Below are positions 18,354-29,028 of a stretch of DNA of 64,000 bases, in pieces. Made by a program: the position numbers and the translations under genes. Source of the DNA: Vulcanimicrobiota bacterium (lineage in GTDB: Bacteria; Vulcanimicrobiota; Xenobia; Xenobiales; JADMJV01); the NCBI GenBank assembly GCA_019637395.1, contig JAHBVR010000012.1:129842-193841 (forward strand), read 5' to 3'. Each line of letters opens with the position of its first letter. The first letter of the stretch is position 1. Under the pieces are notes generated by a model that had not been told where the DNA came from, did not search any database, and saw only the letters and a program-made list of their open reading frames with translations.

Positions 18354-18974
18354 ATGGCAGTGCAGGCGGTGCTTTTCGACATTGGCGGAGTTCTCATTCA
18401 CGCCAATCTCGAGTCTTATGCCGAACGTGGCGCCAGGGTCTTCAAGTCCAATCCCGAGGCCGTGCGAGCCGCCGTGCAGCCGCGCGTCCCCAAACTGGAA
18501 AAGGGGGAAATCAGCTCGGAAGACTTCTGGAAAGAAGTGGGCGAGGTGCTCTGGTCCAAAGGCCAGGGGGTGCTGCCTGATCCCCACCACTTCAAAGGCT
18601 TGTGGAAGCAGTTGATGGCCGATTCCCTGAAATTGGACAACCAGGTACTCAAGCTGTGCTGGAATCTGCGGGCCAAAGTGATGGTTGGGGCTTTGAGTAA
18701 CACCATCAAAGAACACGCCGAGTATCTGGCTGACCTCGGCTACTACCAGCCCTTCCGACCGTGTGTTCTATCCTGCCTGGTGGGTCAGCGCAAGCCCGAC
18801 AAGTCGATCTATCAACTGGCCGCCAAGCAGACCGGCAAATCCATCGGCAAATGCCTGTTCGTAGACGATTCGGAAGTCAACTGCCAGGCCGCCAAAGCCG
18901 CCGGCATGAAAGTCCATCACTTTACCGGGCTCTATCCACTGGTGACGGAGCTGTCCAAATACAAGTTGTTATAA
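18354..18974 (+). CDS. HAD-superfamily hydrolase (subfamily IA)
   Basis: VLFDIGGVL (motif I DxG), K and DD motifs (CLFVDDSEVN). Confidence 0.75.
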   Translation: MAVQAVLFDIGGVLIHANLESYAERGARVFKSNPEAVRAAVQPRVPKLEKGEISSEDFWKEVGEVLWSKGQGVLPDPHHFKGLWKQLMADSLKLDNQVLKLCWNLRAKVMVGALSNTIKEHAEYLADLGYYQPFRPCVLSCLVGQRKPDKSIYQLAAKQTGKSIGKCLFVDDSEVNCQAAKAAGMKVHHFTGLYPLVTELSKYKLL

Positions 18975-19229
18975 ATGAACCAGTTGGGCGTCCAGCAGCA
19001 GTTCCACCAGGTCGCCGCCGTTTTTTAACTCCAGCTTGCCGTCAAACTGGGGCACCAGCCCGGTCTCTTTGACCTCTTCCTGCAACGCATAGACGACAGT
19101 CTTCTCCTTGACGGGCGTAAAATCCGAAAGTAAACCCTGGCCGAAAACGACCAGGTGAGGTTCTTCGCTGCGAGCCATCCAGGCGGCGTCTTGCGGACGC
19201 AGGCGGCGGGTGAGAATATAGTAGGTCAT
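18969..19229 (-). CDS. DsrH/TusB-family sulfur relay protein
   Basis: ~86 aa, third member of a three-gene DsrE/DsrF/DsrH-like set. Confidence 0.6.
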   Translation of the reverse strand: MTYYILTRRLRPQDAAWMARSEEPHLVVFGQGLLSDFTPVKEKTVVYALQEEVKETGLVPQFDGKLELKNGGDLVELLLDAQLVHL

Positions 19230-19577
19230 TTAGAAACTCAAGTTCAGCGAAGAACCGCTGCGCACTTCCCAAAACTCGTCGCCTGCTTTGACCTGAACCG
19301 AGGCGTGCAACTGGTCGGCCTGCACTCCCAAGGACTCGAGACTGGCCTGATCAGCCCAAAGTTCGACCTTGTGGGCTTTAGCCGAGGTAATGTAGCGATC
19401 GACCCAGGCGGGGTTGCGTTCTTTCAGGGCATGCAGTACGCCTTCGTCACACAACATCACGGTTACGGTCTGGCGCCGATAGGCACTGGCCAGACCGATG
19501 GCCACGCGCAGGGGAGCCACCAGGCTGGGAGTGCTGGGGCTGAAATTGGACAGGGTCACCACCACCGGACGGCTCAT
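19230..19577 (-). CDS. DsrF/TusC-family sulfur relay protein
   Basis: 115 aa DsrE/DsrF-like fold member, contiguous with neighbours. Confidence 0.6.
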   Translation of the reverse strand: MSRPVVVTLSNFSPSTPSLVAPLRVAIGLASAYRRQTVTVMLCDEGVLHALKERNPAWVDRYITSAKAHKVELWADQASLESLGVQADQLHASVQVKAGDEFWEVRSGSSLNLSF

Positions 19578-19936
19578 TAAAGGCAGAGCACCTGGTCAGT
19601 GTGTTCCAAAAGCTGGGCCAGATCGGCCGGATTCCCCATGGTAACCCCCTCGAGCATCGATTCTTTCCCATCCACACCGCGACTGCGGGCGCACAGCTCA
19701 TTGCACACCACGCGCACGCCGCGAGCCAGCAATGCCTGCCACCAACTGGAAGGCGAACCCTCCTCGGAATCAGGCAGATGCTGATTGCGCAGCAACTGGT
19801 AGACCCCCTCCTGATGGGCATAGGCCCACACTTCGTGACCGCGACCCAGCGAACCGACGGCCAGATGGTAGAGAGTGCGCGCACCCGGCGATTCCAGCGG
19901 AGCTTTGTTGAGAATGAAGCCGACTTTTTTGGCCAT
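19577..19936 (-). CDS. DsrE/TusD-family sulfur relay protein
   Basis: 119 aa, MAKKVGFILNKAPLES N-terminus typical of DsrE/TusD, conserved Cys region. Confidence 0.65.
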   Translation of the reverse strand: MAKKVGFILNKAPLESPGARTLYHLAVGSLGRGHEVWAYAHQEGVYQLLRNQHLPDSEEGSPSSWWQALLARGVRVVCNELCARSRGVDGKESMLEGVTMGNPADLAQLLEHTDQVLCL

Positions 19937-19939
19937 TGC

Positions 19940-21205
19940 TCAGACGACAGCCTTCGGTGCGTAGTGGGATTGCACGTAATCCTCCACCATTTCCAGGAAA
20001 CGGCGGGAAATACTCTCGGCGTCCCCCTTCAAGGTAGCCACTTTGTGGCCATCGGCGTAGACCGGAGCAGAAGGATTTTCGCCGGTGCCGGGCAGCGACA
20101 GGCCGATGTTGGCGCCTTTGGCTTCGCCCGGACCATTGACGACGCAACCCATCACGGCCACCTTCATGGTCTCGACCCCCTCAAAGCCGTTCTCTTTCCA
20201 GTAATTCATGCGCTCTTTCAAGCGCGTCTCCACCTGGATGGCCAGTTCTTGAAAAAGAGTGGAAGTAGTGCGGCCGCAGCCGGGACAGGCTGTGACCCGC
20301 GGAGTGAAACTGCGCAGGCCGAGGTTCTGCAGAATCTCGCGGCAGATCTCCACTTCCTGGGTGCGCGGCGCGCCCGGCGCGGGAGTGAGCGAAACGCGGA
20401 TGGTGTCGCCGATGCCTTCGCTGAGCAAAATGCCCAGCGCGAGACTCGAAGAAACGGTGCCTTTGAGGGCCATACCGGCTTCGGTCAAGCCGACGTGCAG
20501 GGCATAGCGGCAACGTTTGGAGAGTTCACGGTAGACGTGGACCACTTCGTTGACTTCACTGATTTTGGTGGAAAGGATGATCTTGTTGGCGGGCTGTCCG
20601 TATTCCTCGGCCATTTTGGCCGAGCGCACGGCGCTTTCCACCATGGTGTCGAGGAAAACCATCTGGGCGCCGCGCGGGCTACCCTTGGCCAGATCTTCGT
20701 CGATTAACTCCTTGAGCAGCGCCTGATCCAGCGAACCGCCGTTGACGCCGATGCGCACCGGCTTGCCGAACTCGACGGCGGCTTCGATCATGGTACGGAA
20801 GTTGTTGTCGTGCTGCTCCCCTACCCCGACGTTGCCTGGATTGATGCGGTATTTGTTGAGCGCCCGGGCCATGGCCGGATGTTTCTTGAGAAGTTTGTGG
20901 CCGTTGTAGTGAAAGTCACCGATCAACGGCACGTGGCCCCAGCCGCACCGCTCCAGCAGACGGGCGATTTCCGGCACGGCCTCGGCGTTCTCGTCGTCCT
21001 TGACGGTGAAACGGACCAGTTCGGAACCGGCTTCGGCCAGATCGATAATTTGTTGCACGGTGCTTTCAACGTCGGCCGTGTCCGTATTGGTCATGGACTG
21101 GACGCGCACCGGGTTGGCGCCGCCCATATTGATATCGCCGACTTTGACTTCGTGGGTTTTGCGCAGGCGTTCCACGTCTGTTCCTTTCGAGTTCGGGGGG
21201 TCCAT
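19940..21205 (-). CDS. ispG: 4-hydroxy-3-methylbut-2-en-1-yl diphosphate synthase (IspG/GcpE)
   Basis: TIM-barrel N-domain plus C-terminal CPGCGRT...GCVVNGPGE [4Fe-4S] motifs. Confidence 0.95.
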   Translation of the reverse strand: MDPPNSKGTDVERLRKTHEVKVGDINMGGANPVRVQSMTNTDTADVESTVQQIIDLAEAGSELVRFTVKDDENAEAVPEIARLLERCGWGHVPLIGDFHYNGHKLLKKHPAMARALNKYRINPGNVGVGEQHDNNFRTMIEAAVEFGKPVRIGVNGGSLDQALLKELIDEDLAKGSPRGAQMVFLDTMVESAVRSAKMAEEYGQPANKIILSTKISEVNEVVHVYRELSKRCRYALHVGLTEAGMALKGTVSSSLALGILLSEGIGDTIRVSLTPAPGAPRTQEVEICREILQNLGLRSFTPRVTACPGCGRTTSTLFQELAIQVETRLKERMNYWKENGFEGVETMKVAVMGCVVNGPGEAKGANIGLSLPGTGENPSAPVYADGHKVATLKGDAESISRRFLEMVEDYVQSHYAPKAVV

Positions 21206-21288
21206 AGTTTGGGGCCTCGGCTTTTGCTGAAGGCCCGGTTCCCTCCTGCCATACCCTGGTTTGCCGGTGTTATAACGTTTCGACTAGA

Positions 21289-21636
21289 ATGTGCGAAATG
21301 GAATCCGAGGCCTACCAGTTACTGAAACAAGCCTTTCGCGAGAAGCGGGCGGTGGGAGCCGGCTACGATCGGCATCCTCGTATCTTTGTCGTGCACGCCC
21401 TGGGTTGGAGTCGAGACCATCAGGAACGCTGCCATGCCTGGCAGTTCGACGGTACCTCCAGTCAAGGAACGGTGCCGGGCTGGCGCTGCTTCGACGTGCG
21501 CGGATTGGAATCGATTGTGCTGGGCGATCCCGTCGCTAGCTACCCGCAGGCCGTCCTCCCGCACAACGCCGGGCGCCCCCCCATCTGCCTGGCGCGCTTT
21601 GACCGGGAAGTCCCGGTCCGTGGCCGCAGAGTTTGA
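21289..21636 (+). CDS. hypothetical protein
   Basis: 115-aa ORF between divergent ispG and hppD; moderate GC3 bias only. Confidence 0.35.
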   Translation: MCEMESEAYQLLKQAFREKRAVGAGYDRHPRIFVVHALGWSRDHQERCHAWQFDGTSSQGTVPGWRCFDVRGLESIVLGDPVASYPQAVLPHNAGRPPICLARFDREVPVRGRRV

Positions 21637-21690
21637 ATCGGCTCACCATGCGGTATCCAGACCAAGAGATCTTTTTTCAAGGAGTGCGGC

Positions 21691-22794
21691 GTGGAAACGA
21701 TTACTCAGGGCAGCAAGGTCGAGAAGGACAGCCTTCCTCTCAAGCGCATCGACCACATGGAGTTGTGGGTGGGCAACGCCAAGCAAGCCGCCTACTTCTA
21801 CAGGAACGCTCTGGGAATGGACCTGGTGGCCTACAGTGGTCCCGAAACCGGCGTGCGCGAGCGCGCCTCCTACGTGCTCCAACGCGACAAGGTACGGCTG
21901 GTGCTGTCCACCCCCATCCGTAGCGAGCACCCCATGGCCGATCACATCCACCGCCACGGCGACGGCGTCCACGCCATCGCCCTGGAAGTGGATGACGCCC
22001 GCCACTCTTTCAAAGTAACCACCGAGCGGGGCGCTCAACCGGTGCAGGCTCCGGCCGAAGTGGAGGGCGTGGTCACCGCCTCCATAGCCATGTATGGCGA
22101 CACCGTGCTCACCTTCGTGGAGCGCGGCGACTACGCCGGCCCCTTCCTGCCCGGCTATGAAGCGCGCGATGTGAAGGGCCCGGACTTCGGCATCGCGGCC
22201 ATCGACCACATCGTAGGCAACGTCGAATTGGGTAAGATGAACCACTGGGTGGACTTCTTCGCCCGGGTGATGGGCTTTTCGCAGCTCATTCACTTCGACG
22301 ACGCCGACATCTCCACCGAGTATTCCGCCCTGATGTCCAAGGTGATGCAGGACGGAACCGGTAAAATCAAGTTCCCCATCAACGAACCGGCCGATGGCCG
22401 CCGTAAATCCCAGATCGAAGAGTATCTGGAGTTCTACAACGGCCCCGGCGTGCAACATATCGCTCTGCTCACCGGCGATATTATCAAGACGGTCACAGCT
22501 ATGCGCGACGCCGGCATGGAGTTTCTCAAAGTGCCGGGCGCATACTACGACGAGGCTCAAAAGCGAGTAGGCGAGGTCAAAGAGGATTTTAACGCCATTC
22601 GCCAGCTGGGCATCCTGGTCGATCGCGACGACGAGGGCTACCTGCTTCAGATCTTCACCAAACCGGTCGAAGATCGTCCTACCGTGTTTTACGAGGTCAT
22701 TCAACGGCGGGGCAGCCGAGGTTTCGGCAAGGGCAACTTCAAAGCTCTTTTCGAAGCCATTGAGCGCGAGCAAGCGAAAAGAGGGAATTTGTGA
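21691..22794 (+). CDS. hppD: 4-hydroxyphenylpyruvate dioxygenase
   Basis: Two VOC modules; HIAL/HxxxE iron ligands (HIALLTGD, ...LLQIFTKP...FYEVIQR) and C-terminal GFGKGNFKALFEAIE. Confidence 0.9.
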   Translation: METITQGSKVEKDSLPLKRIDHMELWVGNAKQAAYFYRNALGMDLVAYSGPETGVRERASYVLQRDKVRLVLSTPIRSEHPMADHIHRHGDGVHAIALEVDDARHSFKVTTERGAQPVQAPAEVEGVVTASIAMYGDTVLTFVERGDYAGPFLPGYEARDVKGPDFGIAAIDHIVGNVELGKMNHWVDFFARVMGFSQLIHFDDADISTEYSALMSKVMQDGTGKIKFPINEPADGRRKSQIEEYLEFYNGPGVQHIALLTGDIIKTVTAMRDAGMEFLKVPGAYYDEAQKRVGEVKEDFNAIRQLGILVDRDDEGYLLQIFTKPVEDRPTVFYEVIQRRGSRGFGKGNFKALFEAIEREQAKRGNL

Positions 22795-22907
22795 TGACAA
22801 CGCTATTGCAACTCGACCAGAATAGGCTGGAAAACGAGCAGGAGACCCAGTCAGGGAACCGAACGCGGCACCCCATCTCGAGGTCCCGAGGCAAGGAGCG
22901 CAATGGA

Positions 22908-23888
22908 ATGTTGATGCTAGGGGAACAGTCGCAACCGACGTTAGTGGGGGAAAACCTGGTCCTGTTCGCGGGAAACTCCAATCCGCGGCTCTCGCAAGCC
23001 ATCGCGGACTACCTGGAGATCCCCCTCGGGGCTGCCCTGGTAGGCAATTTTACAAATGGCGAAACGCGCGTCCAAATCGATGAAAACGTGCGTGGAGCGG
23101 AAGTCTTCGTGGTCCAGCCCACCTGCGGCAACGTCAACGAGACCTTGATGGAGCTATTGATTATGATCGACGCGCTGCATCGCTCCTCCGCCAAGACCAT
23201 CACCGCCGTCATCCCCTACTACGGCTACGCCCGTCAGGAAAAGAAGACGGCCGGCCGCGAACCCATCACCGCCAAGCTGGTGGCCAACCTGATCACCGTG
23301 GCCGGCGCCGACCGGGTCATCACCGTCGACCTGCACGCGGCCGCCATTCAAGGTTTTTTTGATATTCCGGTGGATAACCTGATGTCGCTGCCCATTCTGG
23401 TGGAATATTTTCAGCGCAAGGGGTTTGACTCCAGCAATCTGGTGGTCGCTTCGCCCGACGCCGGAGGGGTGAACCGCGCCCGACTTTTCGCCGAGCGCCT
23501 CAACGCCGGCCTGGCCATCATCTTCAAAAGGCGCCCGGAGCCCGACAAGGCCGAGGTCATCGACGTGGTCGGCGATGTCGAGGGTAAGACGGTGATCGTG
23601 GTGGATGACATCATCTCCACCGGCCGCACTCTCATCAAGGGTGTGGAGACCATGCTGGCCCGCGGCGCTACCAAGTGCTACGCGGCCGCTACCCACGCCA
23701 TCATGGCCAGTGAGGCCATCGACATGATCAACGCCTCTCCGCTCGAGGAAGTGGTGGTCACGGACACGATTCCGCTGCCCTCCTCCACCCAGCGCGGTAA
23801 GATTACCACTCTTTCGGTGGCCTCGCTGCTGGGCGAGGCCATCCGCCGCAACTACTTCCATCTGTCGGTGTCCAAGCTCTTCGCTTGA
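22908..23888 (+). CDS. prs: ribose-phosphate pyrophosphokinase (PRPP synthetase)
   Basis: LFAGNSNPRLSQAIADYL..., VVDDIISTGRTL PRPP-binding loop. Start at ATG 22908 (AGGAG upstream) rather than 22791. Confidence 0.9.
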   Translation: MLMLGEQSQPTLVGENLVLFAGNSNPRLSQAIADYLEIPLGAALVGNFTNGETRVQIDENVRGAEVFVVQPTCGNVNETLMELLIMIDALHRSSAKTITAVIPYYGYARQEKKTAGREPITAKLVANLITVAGADRVITVDLHAAAIQGFFDIPVDNLMSLPILVEYFQRKGFDSSNLVVASPDAGGVNRARLFAERLNAGLAIIFKRRPEPDKAEVIDVVGDVEGKTVIVVDDIISTGRTLIKGVETMLARGATKCYAAATHAIMASEAIDMINASPLEEVVVTDTIPLPSSTQRGKITTLSVASLLGEAIRRNYFHLSVSKLFA

Positions 23889-24226
23889 GCGCCTTGCTCT
23901 ACTGGTTTGGCGGTGGAGCAGTCACCCTGGCGGTGGGAGGCCTGTTCTATCTACTGGGCGGTCGCCGACCGGCCTTGCGCGTCTCTCGCGGGCTGGCCGC
24001 CATCGCTACCGGACTGCCGCTGGTCATGTTTGCCTGCGCTTTCTTGGCCGGCGATGCCGACGAGGACGGGCGTAGCGCCGGCATGCTGGCGCTGGCTTCC
24101 CTGACCATGCTGCTGGCCAGCCTGAGCTGCTGGGTACCCGTCTGGATTTTTCGTGATCCAGTGGCCGGGTCTGCCCCGTCGGATCCGGGGCTGAATCGAG
24201 AGGGTCCGCCCGGAGCGAACTCGTAG
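23885..24226 (+). CDS. hypothetical membrane protein
   Basis: 113 aa, 3 hydrophobic segments, ATGA overlap with prs stop. Confidence 0.45.
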   Translation: MSALLYWFGGGAVTLAVGGLFYLLGGRRPALRVSRGLAAIATGLPLVMFACAFLAGDADEDGRSAGMLALASLTMLLASLSCWVPVWIFRDPVAGSAPSDPGLNREGPPGANS

Positions 24227-24258
24227 CTACCCTGACCATCATCTCTGAGGAGGCTCGC

Positions 24259-25836
24259 TTGTCCAACTGGCAGCAGTTCACCCGGTTTTTTCTACACTCC
24301 CCGAAGCTGGGGATCAGCCTGGACTTATCGCGCATGGGTCTGGACGACGCCTTCCTCGACAAGCTGCAACCGACCGCCGAGAAGGCCTGGACGGCCATCA
24401 ACGAGCTGGAGCGGGGAGCCATCGCCAATCCCGATGAGAACCGGATGGTGGGGCACTACTGGTTGCGCGACGCGGCCCTCGCCCCCACCCCGGAAATCCG
24501 TGCCGAGATCGAAAAGATGCTGCACGACGTGGTCCATTTCGCCAACCAGGTGCACAGCGGCGCGGTCAAGCCCCCCGGCAAGCCTCGCTTCACACGTGTA
24601 CTCTCGATCGGTATCGGAGGTTCCGCCCTGGGCCCGCAATTCGTAGCCGAAGCACTGGGCCAAAAGGACGACAAACTGAAGCCGGTTTTTCTCGACAACA
24701 CCGACCCGGACGGATTTGACCGGGTCCTCTCGAGCGACCTCTCCGAGACCCTGACCGTGGTGATTTCCAAATCGGGTTCCACCCCGGAGACCCTCAACGG
24801 CATGCTGGAGACAGCCCACGCCTATAAAAAACAAGGACTGGACTTCGCCCGGCAGGCGGTGGCCATCACCGGTGACGGCAGCGTGCTCTTCAAGCAGGCC
24901 AGTAGCGAAGGCTGGCTGAGCATCTTCCCCATGTGGGACTGGGTGGGCGGGCGCACCTCGGTGATGTCGGCCGTCGGTCTGGTGGGCATGGCCCTGCAGG
25001 GGTTGGACGTGCAGAACTTCCTGCTGGGCGCCAAAGAGATGGATGGCTGGACCCGGGCCCAAAACTGGCAGGACAACCCGGCCATGGCGCTGGCCCTGGC
25101 CTGGTACAAGGTGGGCGACGGCCAGGGCCACAAAGACATGGTGGTTCTCCCCTACAAAGACCGTCTCGCCCTTTTCTCCCGCTATTTACAGCAACTGGTG
25201 ATGGAGTCGCTGGGCAAAGAGAAAGACCTGCAGGGCAAAGTAGTGCACCAGGGCATCGCCGTCTACGGCAACAAGGGCAGCACCGACCAGCACGCCTACG
25301 TACAGCAACTGCGCGACGGCCTCAACAACTTCTTCGCCACTTTCATCGTGGTCCTGAAAGACCGGGACGGAGAAGCTTTCGAGGTGGAAACCGGCGTAAC
25401 CGCCGGGGATTTTTTAAACGGTTTCTGGCAAGGCACGCGCCAGGCGCTGAGCGAGAACGGGCGGGCCAACGCCTGTATCACTCTGCCCGAAGTCAACGCC
25501 TATCAGGTGGGTGCCCTGATCGCGCTCTATGAGCGCACCGTCAGCCTGTATGCGCAGTTGGTGGGGATCAACGCTTATGACCAGCCCGGCGTGGAAGCCG
25601 GTAAGAAGGCCGCCAAATCGGTACTGGAGCTGCAGAGTAAGCTGCTGGCCGCTCTGCAAACCGAGCCGGAGCGCTGGTTTAACGCCGAGAGCCTGGCCGA
25701 AAAGCTGGGATCGGATCCGGAAGCGGTGTTCCTGATGATGCGCCACCTGGCGGCCAATCGCACCTCCCTGCAGTTTCGGGGAGAAGGCCTGGGATTGGAG
25801 CTCAACGGCCAGCCCCGCGTGTTTGTGGCCCGCTAG
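24259..25836 (+). CDS. pgi: glucose-6-phosphate isomerase
   Basis: [26 protein letters not shown] signature regions. Confidence 0.9.
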   Translation: MSNWQQFTRFFLHSPKLGISLDLSRMGLDDAFLDKLQPTAEKAWTAINELERGAIANPDENRMVGHYWLRDAALAPTPEIRAEIEKMLHDVVHFANQVHSGAVKPPGKPRFTRVLSIGIGGSALGPQFVAEALGQKDDKLKPVFLDNTDPDGFDRVLSSDLSETLTVVISKSGSTPETLNGMLETAHAYKKQGLDFARQAVAITGDGSVLFKQASSEGWLSIFPMWDWVGGRTSVMSAVGLVGMALQGLDVQNFLLGAKEMDGWTRAQNWQDNPAMALALAWYKVGDGQGHKDMVVLPYKDRLALFSRYLQQLVMESLGKEKDLQGKVVHQGIAVYGNKGSTDQHAYVQQLRDGLNNFFATFIVVLKDRDGEAFEVETGVTAGDFLNGFWQGTRQALSENGRANACITLPEVNAYQVGALIALYERTVSLYAQLVGINAYDQPGVEAGKKAAKSVLELQSKLLAALQTEPERWFNAESLAEKLGSDPEAVFLMMRHLAANRTSLQFRGEGLGLELNGQPRVFVAR

Positions 25837-26318
25837 TGGAATTCGCCATCGTTTCCGATACCCACTGGCGGGAGGGTGGTCCGGAACTGGACCGGCTGGT
25901 GCATCGCCTGTGCGGCGCCGAATACATTCTGCATGCCGGTGACACCGTCGCCCCGGCCATCATCGAGGCTCTGGAAACTGTGGCCCCCGTGTTGGCCGTG
26001 ATCGGCAACTGCTGCAACGCCGGACTGCGCGCCCGCTTTCCCAGCATGCGCGTCGATGACCTGGACGGCCTCAAAGTGGGCATGACCCACGGCCACCTTA
26101 TCGACCTGCGCGACGGCCGCAGCGTGCTCGACCAGTTCATCCCCGAAGTCAAGCTGGTCATCCACGGCCACACTCATCTGCCCAGGTGCGAAGAACACGG
26201 CGGGCGCTGGGTCTTCAACCCCGGCAGCGTCTCCGAACCCCGCCACGGCACACCTCCCACTTACGGCTGGGGCAGCTGGAAAGACGGAGAGCTCCTGCTC
26301 CAGCACAAGCTGTTCTGA
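25836..26318 (+). CDS. metallophosphoesterase (YfcE/MJ0936 family)
   Basis: SDTH, GD, GNCC, HGH, GHTH metallophosphatase motifs in order. Confidence 0.8.
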   Translation: MEFAIVSDTHWREGGPELDRLVHRLCGAEYILHAGDTVAPAIIEALETVAPVLAVIGNCCNAGLRARFPSMRVDDLDGLKVGMTHGHLIDLRDGRSVLDQFIPEVKLVIHGHTHLPRCEEHGGRWVFNPGSVSEPRHGTPPTYGWGSWKDGELLLQHKLF

Positions 26319-26338
26319 GGCGCGGCCGGGTTCGCGCC
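26319..26338. terminator. GC-rich hairpin between convergent genes (possible bidirectional terminator)
   Basis: GGCGCG-gccgggtt-CGCGCC stem-loop between the yfcE-like stop and the convergent metalloprotease stop; no U-tract. Confidence 0.3.
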
Positions 26339-28881
26339 TAGTCAACCTTGAGGGCGCGGGTCAGGGTCTGGCTGCACTGGGTCAGGTGGGCCCGCGCCTC
26401 CCGACTCAGCTTGCTCTTGTCGGTCTCGTCGATTTGCTTCTTCAGTTCGGCCGCCTGATAGCGCATCAAACTCACGGCGTCACCGGGGGCTTTGCTATCC
26501 GGGGAGAGGAAGGGCAGCATCGACTTGATGTATTCCTTCTGCAAATCGCGGCGCATCTGGGGGATCTCCGTCTTGGCCGGCAACTCCGACCAGATGGCCG
26601 TCTGCAGTCCCTCATACAACTCGGCCAGAGTGAACACCGGCGTGGCCGGATCCATCTTCTCGGGCGAGTCGATCAGACGCTGCGCTATGTCTGGGGCTAA
26701 CAGCCCGTTAAGCACATTGGCCTGGGTGCGCACCACCGCCGAACCCACGTGGATGTTCTGGTCGCCCCAGGTGTCAAAGCGATCCTTGGCCAGGCGGGCC
26801 ACGAACTCGGGCTTGAACTTGAAGCTGTCGGGTGCGAAGAAAGTGGTCAGAATCGACTCCAAAGCGGCGCGCTGCTTATCGGCTGGAACCGGCTCGTAGG
26901 TGGCCTTGTCGGTGCCGGCGTGGTCGCGGTGAATGCTGACTCCGCCGATATAGCGCGTCATCACTCGGCCGGCCCCGGCCAGCTTATTCAAGCCGGAGCT
27001 AAAGGCGCCGGTCAGTTCCTGGTAGGGCGTGCCCTCCGGTAGCACGCGCTCCTGGGCACGCTTCCACAACTCGCGACCCAGCGTCACCTGCTTATTGGCG
27101 AAGGCCAGCGGGTCGCTACCCAGATCGAAGCGATTGACCAGCGGATCCATACCATCGGCGGCTTCATCCGACTCATAGGCCAGCCGGGGGTTCCTGGTGG
27201 TCTGAGCGGCGATGTCGCTGAGCAGATCTTTCTCGCGGGCCGGATCCATCGGTTCATAAGCGTACTTGATGGCCAGGTAGTCATATTCTCCCAAGGAAGA
27301 CTGCACATACTCACCCTGCTTCTCACCAGGAGCGGCCAGGTTGAAGGGATGATAGTCCATCACCGAAGTGCCGATGCCGTTTTCGGCCGTGAAAGCGGCG
27401 TCCTGCAATTGCTCGTTGGTATGGGCCAGCGAGCCCTTGAAGTTGTGGCGCAGGCCCAGCGTGTGCCCGACTTCGTGCATCACCACGTCTTTGATATAGG
27501 CCTGAGCCAGCTTCTGACCGGCCGCGTTGTCACCGCGCGCTTCCAACAGTGCCCGGGCAAACTGCGACTCGGTCCCGGCATGGTGCAGGTAGGCGCAGTG
27601 GTGATCGTGGAGGTGACCGCTATCGGCGGGCGGGTTTTCCACCAGGAACTTCTGAGCGGAACGTCCGAAGACGTCGGCCATACGAATATCAGCGTCAAGA
27701 ATTTCACCGGTGCGGGGATCGACCTGCGAAGGCCCTACCGCCGCGCCCACGTCAGCGGCCGTGTACCAGCGGATGGAAGCGTGGCGAGCGTCCATGGTAT
27801 CGAATTTGTCGGCGTCGGTTTGCTGGTGCACTTCAATGGCATTGGAAAAACCGATCTTTTCGAAGGCTTTATTCCACTCGAGCACGCCTTCTTTTACCGA
27901 TTGACGGTATTTCTCGGGAACATCCTTGGCGATCCAGTAAGTGATGGGTTTCTTGGGCGCGGACAAGGCCGCCTCGGGATCGGCCTTTTCCAGGCGCCAG
28001 CGATTGACGTAGCGGACTTTTCCGTCGCTATCGTCGCCGGTATAATCCTTGCGGGTGGTCACGAAGTGCCCGATGCGATCATCGGCCAGGCGCGGGGTCA
28101 TGGGCTCGTCGGGTAATTTCGCGAAATTGTAGCGGAATTCCGTCAGCAGGCTGCGCGCATCCGGCGTGGTCGAGGGCAGGCTGCCGGTTTTGGGAGGAAT
28201 GGCGGGAGCCTGGAAATGGGCCTGCACGCCGAAGCTGGTCTGCTCCTCGGTGTTGTCCATTTCGGTGAAATGCGTATTTTTGACGTCCAGAGCGAAGGGC
28301 GTCTCGTAGGTGCGCTGCAGGCGCATTTGATAGGCGGGAATGTCGGTGAAGAGCAAGGCATTGGCTTCGACCACGATCTCGCCGTTGGGGCGCTTGCCGG
28401 GAACCTGGGGGGCGCTGGCGATCAGGCTGTCGGAGAAGTCCTCGGCCACGAATTGGGCCTGCGGACTGCCGGTTTCAGCGAAATAGCTGGTGTTCCTGGC
28501 CACCAACTGGACCTGGTTGCCGGCCACGCGGAACTCGGCCAGTTGCGAATCGCCCAACTCAGAACCGACCAGGTGCTTCTCGCCGAGACTCTTGGAGACG
28601 TTGGCGCTGAAGAAGAACGGCTTCTTGAGTTGCTCCGGGGTGATCGAAAGCCAGACTTTTTCACCTTTCTTGAGGATCTTGAAGAAACCAGGAATCTGTT
28701 CCGCGTCCTGGGTGGGGTCGGCGGGCTGAGCGGCGGCCGCCGCTTTGGCTTCAGGAGCGGGGGGCGCGCTGGCTGTAAAGGCGTCTTTTCCGTGACTGGC
28801 CGCCTCGGGGGCGGGCTTCTCTTCAAGGGGCGCAAAAGCGCGGGGCTTGACAACACCGGAAGAAATGGACGAAACGGCCAC
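26338..28881 (-). CDS. zinc-dependent metalloprotease (zincin; DUF5117/DUF4953-like)
   Basis: 847 aa, HEVGHTLGLRHNF zincin motif, N-terminal Ala/Pro-rich region. Confidence 0.8.
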   Translation of the reverse strand: MAVSSISSGVVKPRAFAPLEEKPAPEAASHGKDAFTASAPPAPEAKAAAAAQPADPTQDAEQIPGFFKILKKGEKVWLSITPEQLKKPFFFSANVSKSLGEKHLVGSELGDSQLAEFRVAGNQVQLVARNTSYFAETGSPQAQFVAEDFSDSLIASAPQVPGKRPNGEIVVEANALLFTDIPAYQMRLQRTYETPFALDVKNTHFTEMDNTEEQTSFGVQAHFQAPAIPPKTGSLPSTTPDARSLLTEFRYNFAKLPDEPMTPRLADDRIGHFVTTRKDYTGDDSDGKVRYVNRWRLEKADPEAALSAPKKPITYWIAKDVPEKYRQSVKEGVLEWNKAFEKIGFSNAIEVHQQTDADKFDTMDARHASIRWYTAADVGAAVGPSQVDPRTGEILDADIRMADVFGRSAQKFLVENPPADSGHLHDHHCAYLHHAGTESQFARALLEARGDNAAGQKLAQAYIKDVVMHEVGHTLGLRHNFKGSLAHTNEQLQDAAFTAENGIGTSVMDYHPFNLAAPGEKQGEYVQSSLGEYDYLAIKYAYEPMDPAREKDLLSDIAAQTTRNPRLAYESDEAADGMDPLVNRFDLGSDPLAFANKQVTLGRELWKRAQERVLPEGTPYQELTGAFSSGLNKLAGAGRVMTRYIGGVSIHRDHAGTDKATYEPVPADKQRAALESILTTFFAPDSFKFKPEFVARLAKDRFDTWGDQNIHVGSAVVRTQANVLNGLLAPDIAQRLIDSPEKMDPATPVFTLAELYEGLQTAIWSELPAKTEIPQMRRDLQKEYIKSMLPFLSPDSKAPGDAVSLMRYQAAELKKQIDETDKSKLSREARAHLTQCSQTLTRALKVD

Positions 28882-29028
28882 GGACAGATCCTCTGAATCG
28901 CTTATTTTCCCGGGAGTATGCTCCTCTGGGCCACCCTCAGGTTAGGAGAAAATACTGAAAAAACTATGAAAAGGCCATTGTGGGAAAAATTCCCAGACAG
29001 GTGGCCCGACGCCGACTAACCTGACAGT

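Noticed and set aside
21643-22800. 385-aa minus-strand ORF
   Set aside because: Antisense to hppD, which has intact dioxygenase motifs.
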